Shown here: piece by piece, positions 62,525-64,000 of the stretch | Position numbering within the stretch: the first letter of the stretch is position 1 | Layout: each line of letters starts with the position of its first letter | DNA from: a virus | Taxonomy: Duplodnaviria; Caudoviricetes | Strand: one strand, 5' to 3' | Virus record (IMG/VR): IMGVR_UViG_3300035675_000001 | Length of the DNA stretch: 64,000 bases | Program-made: the position numbers and the translations under genes | The notes under the pieces: generated by a model | What the model was told of the DNA's origin: nothing | The model's database searches: none | Seen by the model: the letters and a program-made list of their open reading frames with translations, nothing else

Positions 62525-64000
62525 GTGGCGACGCAGACGCAATATGCTTACGCCGATAGCTCATTCCGGCGAGTTGTAATCGCGGAAGCGGAACTCCATC
62601 TACGGGGAACCTATTCCGGGACAACGAATTATGGGCCGCTTGACGCCATCGACTACGGCGGTGCCAGATACAACTGCCTGGTTTCAGTTTCCGGGACCGC
62701 ACCGGAGGGAAACCACTCAGATTTTTGGTCGATCCTGAGCCTTATCAACCAAGGCCCAGTCGATCCCTACGCCCAACTCCGAGAGGAGATTGACGCAGCC
62801 CAAAGCACGGCGAACAGCGCGATTTCTGGAGCTGATTCCGCCTTCGATCTGGCCTGCATCGGGACCAACGTCGGCAGCAACGCCTACAGCCTCGCCCAGC
62901 AGGCTTACGACTACGCCCTCCAGGGCACGGCGGCGGGGGCCGCTTTGGCGCTCGCCCAGGTCGCCACGAACACAGCAGACCTCGCCCTGGCCATCGCCTG
63001 CTCCGGGACCAACGGCGTCGTCCAGGTCAGCTACATCGCTGAATCTGGCACGGCAGGGGCCAACCAGGCTTTCCAGCTCGCCACGCAAGGCACTGCCGGT
63101 GCGGACCAGGCTTACTACCTGGCGATGCAGGGCACCAACGGGGCCAACTTCGGAATTTCTCTCGCGGGCGTGGGCACCAACCTCGCCCTGCTCGCCCTGG
63201 AGTGGCTGGGCACGAACGAGCAGATGGACGCCTCGATCCGCGAGGCAGCCTGGAGCGGCACGGCAGGGGTCCAGCAGGTCTATCCCATCGCCAACGCCGG
63301 AACGGCAGGCGTCAACCAGGTTTACCCGATTGCCAACAAGGGCACCGAGCTGGCGATCCTGGCCCTCTCCTGGCTCGGCACCCTCAGCCCGGTTGACCAG
63401 GGCGCTCGTGACGCCGCCTGGTCGGGCACGGCTGGCGTCGAACAGCTCTACCCCATCGCCAACAGCGGCACGGCAGGGGCCAACCAAGCCTTCTACCTGG
63501 CCACGCAGGGAACGAACGGGGCGAACTTTGGCATCTACCTCGCCTCCCAGGGGACCAGCGGTGCCAACGACGCCTACTACCTGGCGACCCAGGGCACCAA
63601 CGGCGCGAACTTCGGCATCTTCCTGGCCGGGCAAGGAACAGCAGGGGTGAACCAGGTTTACCCGATTGCCAACAGCGGAACAGCCGGAGTCAACCAGCTC
63701 TACCCCATTGCGAACAGTGGAACGGCTGGCGCGGAGCAGGCGTTCTACCTGGCGACCCAGGGCACGAACGGAGCCAACTTTGCGATCTACTTGGCAGGCG
63801 TCGGCACCGACGCAGCGGCTTACGCGCTCCAGATCGCCATGATGGGGACGGAGAGCGCGGCGGGCGGAGGAGCCTTGGCCTACACGGCATACCTGATCGC
63901 CGTCAACGGCACCAACGGCATCTTCCAGGTCTATCCGATTGCGAACAGCGGGACAGCCGGGGTCAACCAGGTCTTTCCCATCGCCAACTCAGGAACGGCA
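62525..64000 (+). CDS. Repeat-rich fibre protein, paralog of 58639-60810, 3'-truncated
   Basis: GTG start 4 nt after GTAGTTA; MATQTQYAYAD...LRGTYSGTTNY, then GTN / YPIANSGTAG repeats, open to the window end; absent from the ORF track. Confidence 0.8.
   Translation, partial: MATQTQYAYADSSFRRVVIAEAELHLRGTYSGTTNYGPLDAIDYGGARYNCLVSVSGTAPEGNHSDFWSILSLINQGPVDPYAQLREEIDAAQSTANSAISGADSAFDLACIGTNVGSNAYSLAQQAYDYALQGTAAGAALALAQVATNTADLALAIACSGTNGVVQVSYIAESGTAGANQAFQLATQGTAGADQAYYLAMQGTNGANFGISLAGVGTNLALLALEWLGTNEQMDASIREAAWSGTAGVQQVYPIANAGTAGVNQVYPIANKGTELAILALSWLGTLSPVDQGARDAAWSGTAGVEQLYPIANSGTAGANQAFYLATQGTNGANFGIYLASQGTSGANDAYYLATQGTNGANFGIFLAGQGTAGVNQVYPIANSGTAGVNQLYPIANSGTAGAEQAFYLATQGTNGANFAIYLAGVGTDAAAYALQIAMMGTESAAGGGALAYTAYLIAVNGTNGIFQVYPIANSGTAGVNQVFPIANSGTA

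Noticed and set aside
1-64000. Stop-codon reassignment
   Set aside because: No suppressor anticodon among the tRNAs; conserved genes are full length in code 11 and end in all three stops.

Overview
A gene-dense, GC-rich segment of a large tailed dsDNA phage with T4-like/myovirus traits. The host is probably a verrucomicrobium, inferred from two proteins with the Verrucomicrobia-type C-terminal domain. Bases 0.6-15.5 kb hold a minus-strand tRNA array (32 ordinary-topology tRNAs plus one tRNA-Phe carrying an insert), interleaved with protein genes (mostly plus-strand: methyltransferase, glycosyltransferase, PAS protein, two repeat fibre proteins, phosphatase, radical SAM) and about ten non-tRNA structured RNAs. 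The rest encodes replication genes (LigA, UDG-like/PolA fusion, DnaB-like and DinG-like helicases, RusA, NrdJ C-terminal piece), a glycosyl/methyltransferase/radical-SAM block, a baseplate wedge, many acidic putative head proteins, small early-type ORFs and repeat-rich fibre proteins. The most striking signal is in the RNA. None of the 32 ordinary tRNAs has the canonical T54-T55-C56 T-loop, whereas four tRNA-mimic RNAs keep it. Four RNAs carry a Y-RNA-type Ro60-binding stem: one is inserted inside an otherwise complete tRNA-Phe and one closes a circularly permuted tRNA-Tyr. A translation-coupled attenuator appears to sit upstream of the array. All RNA folds were read by eye and protein calls rest on motif recognition; no searches were run.
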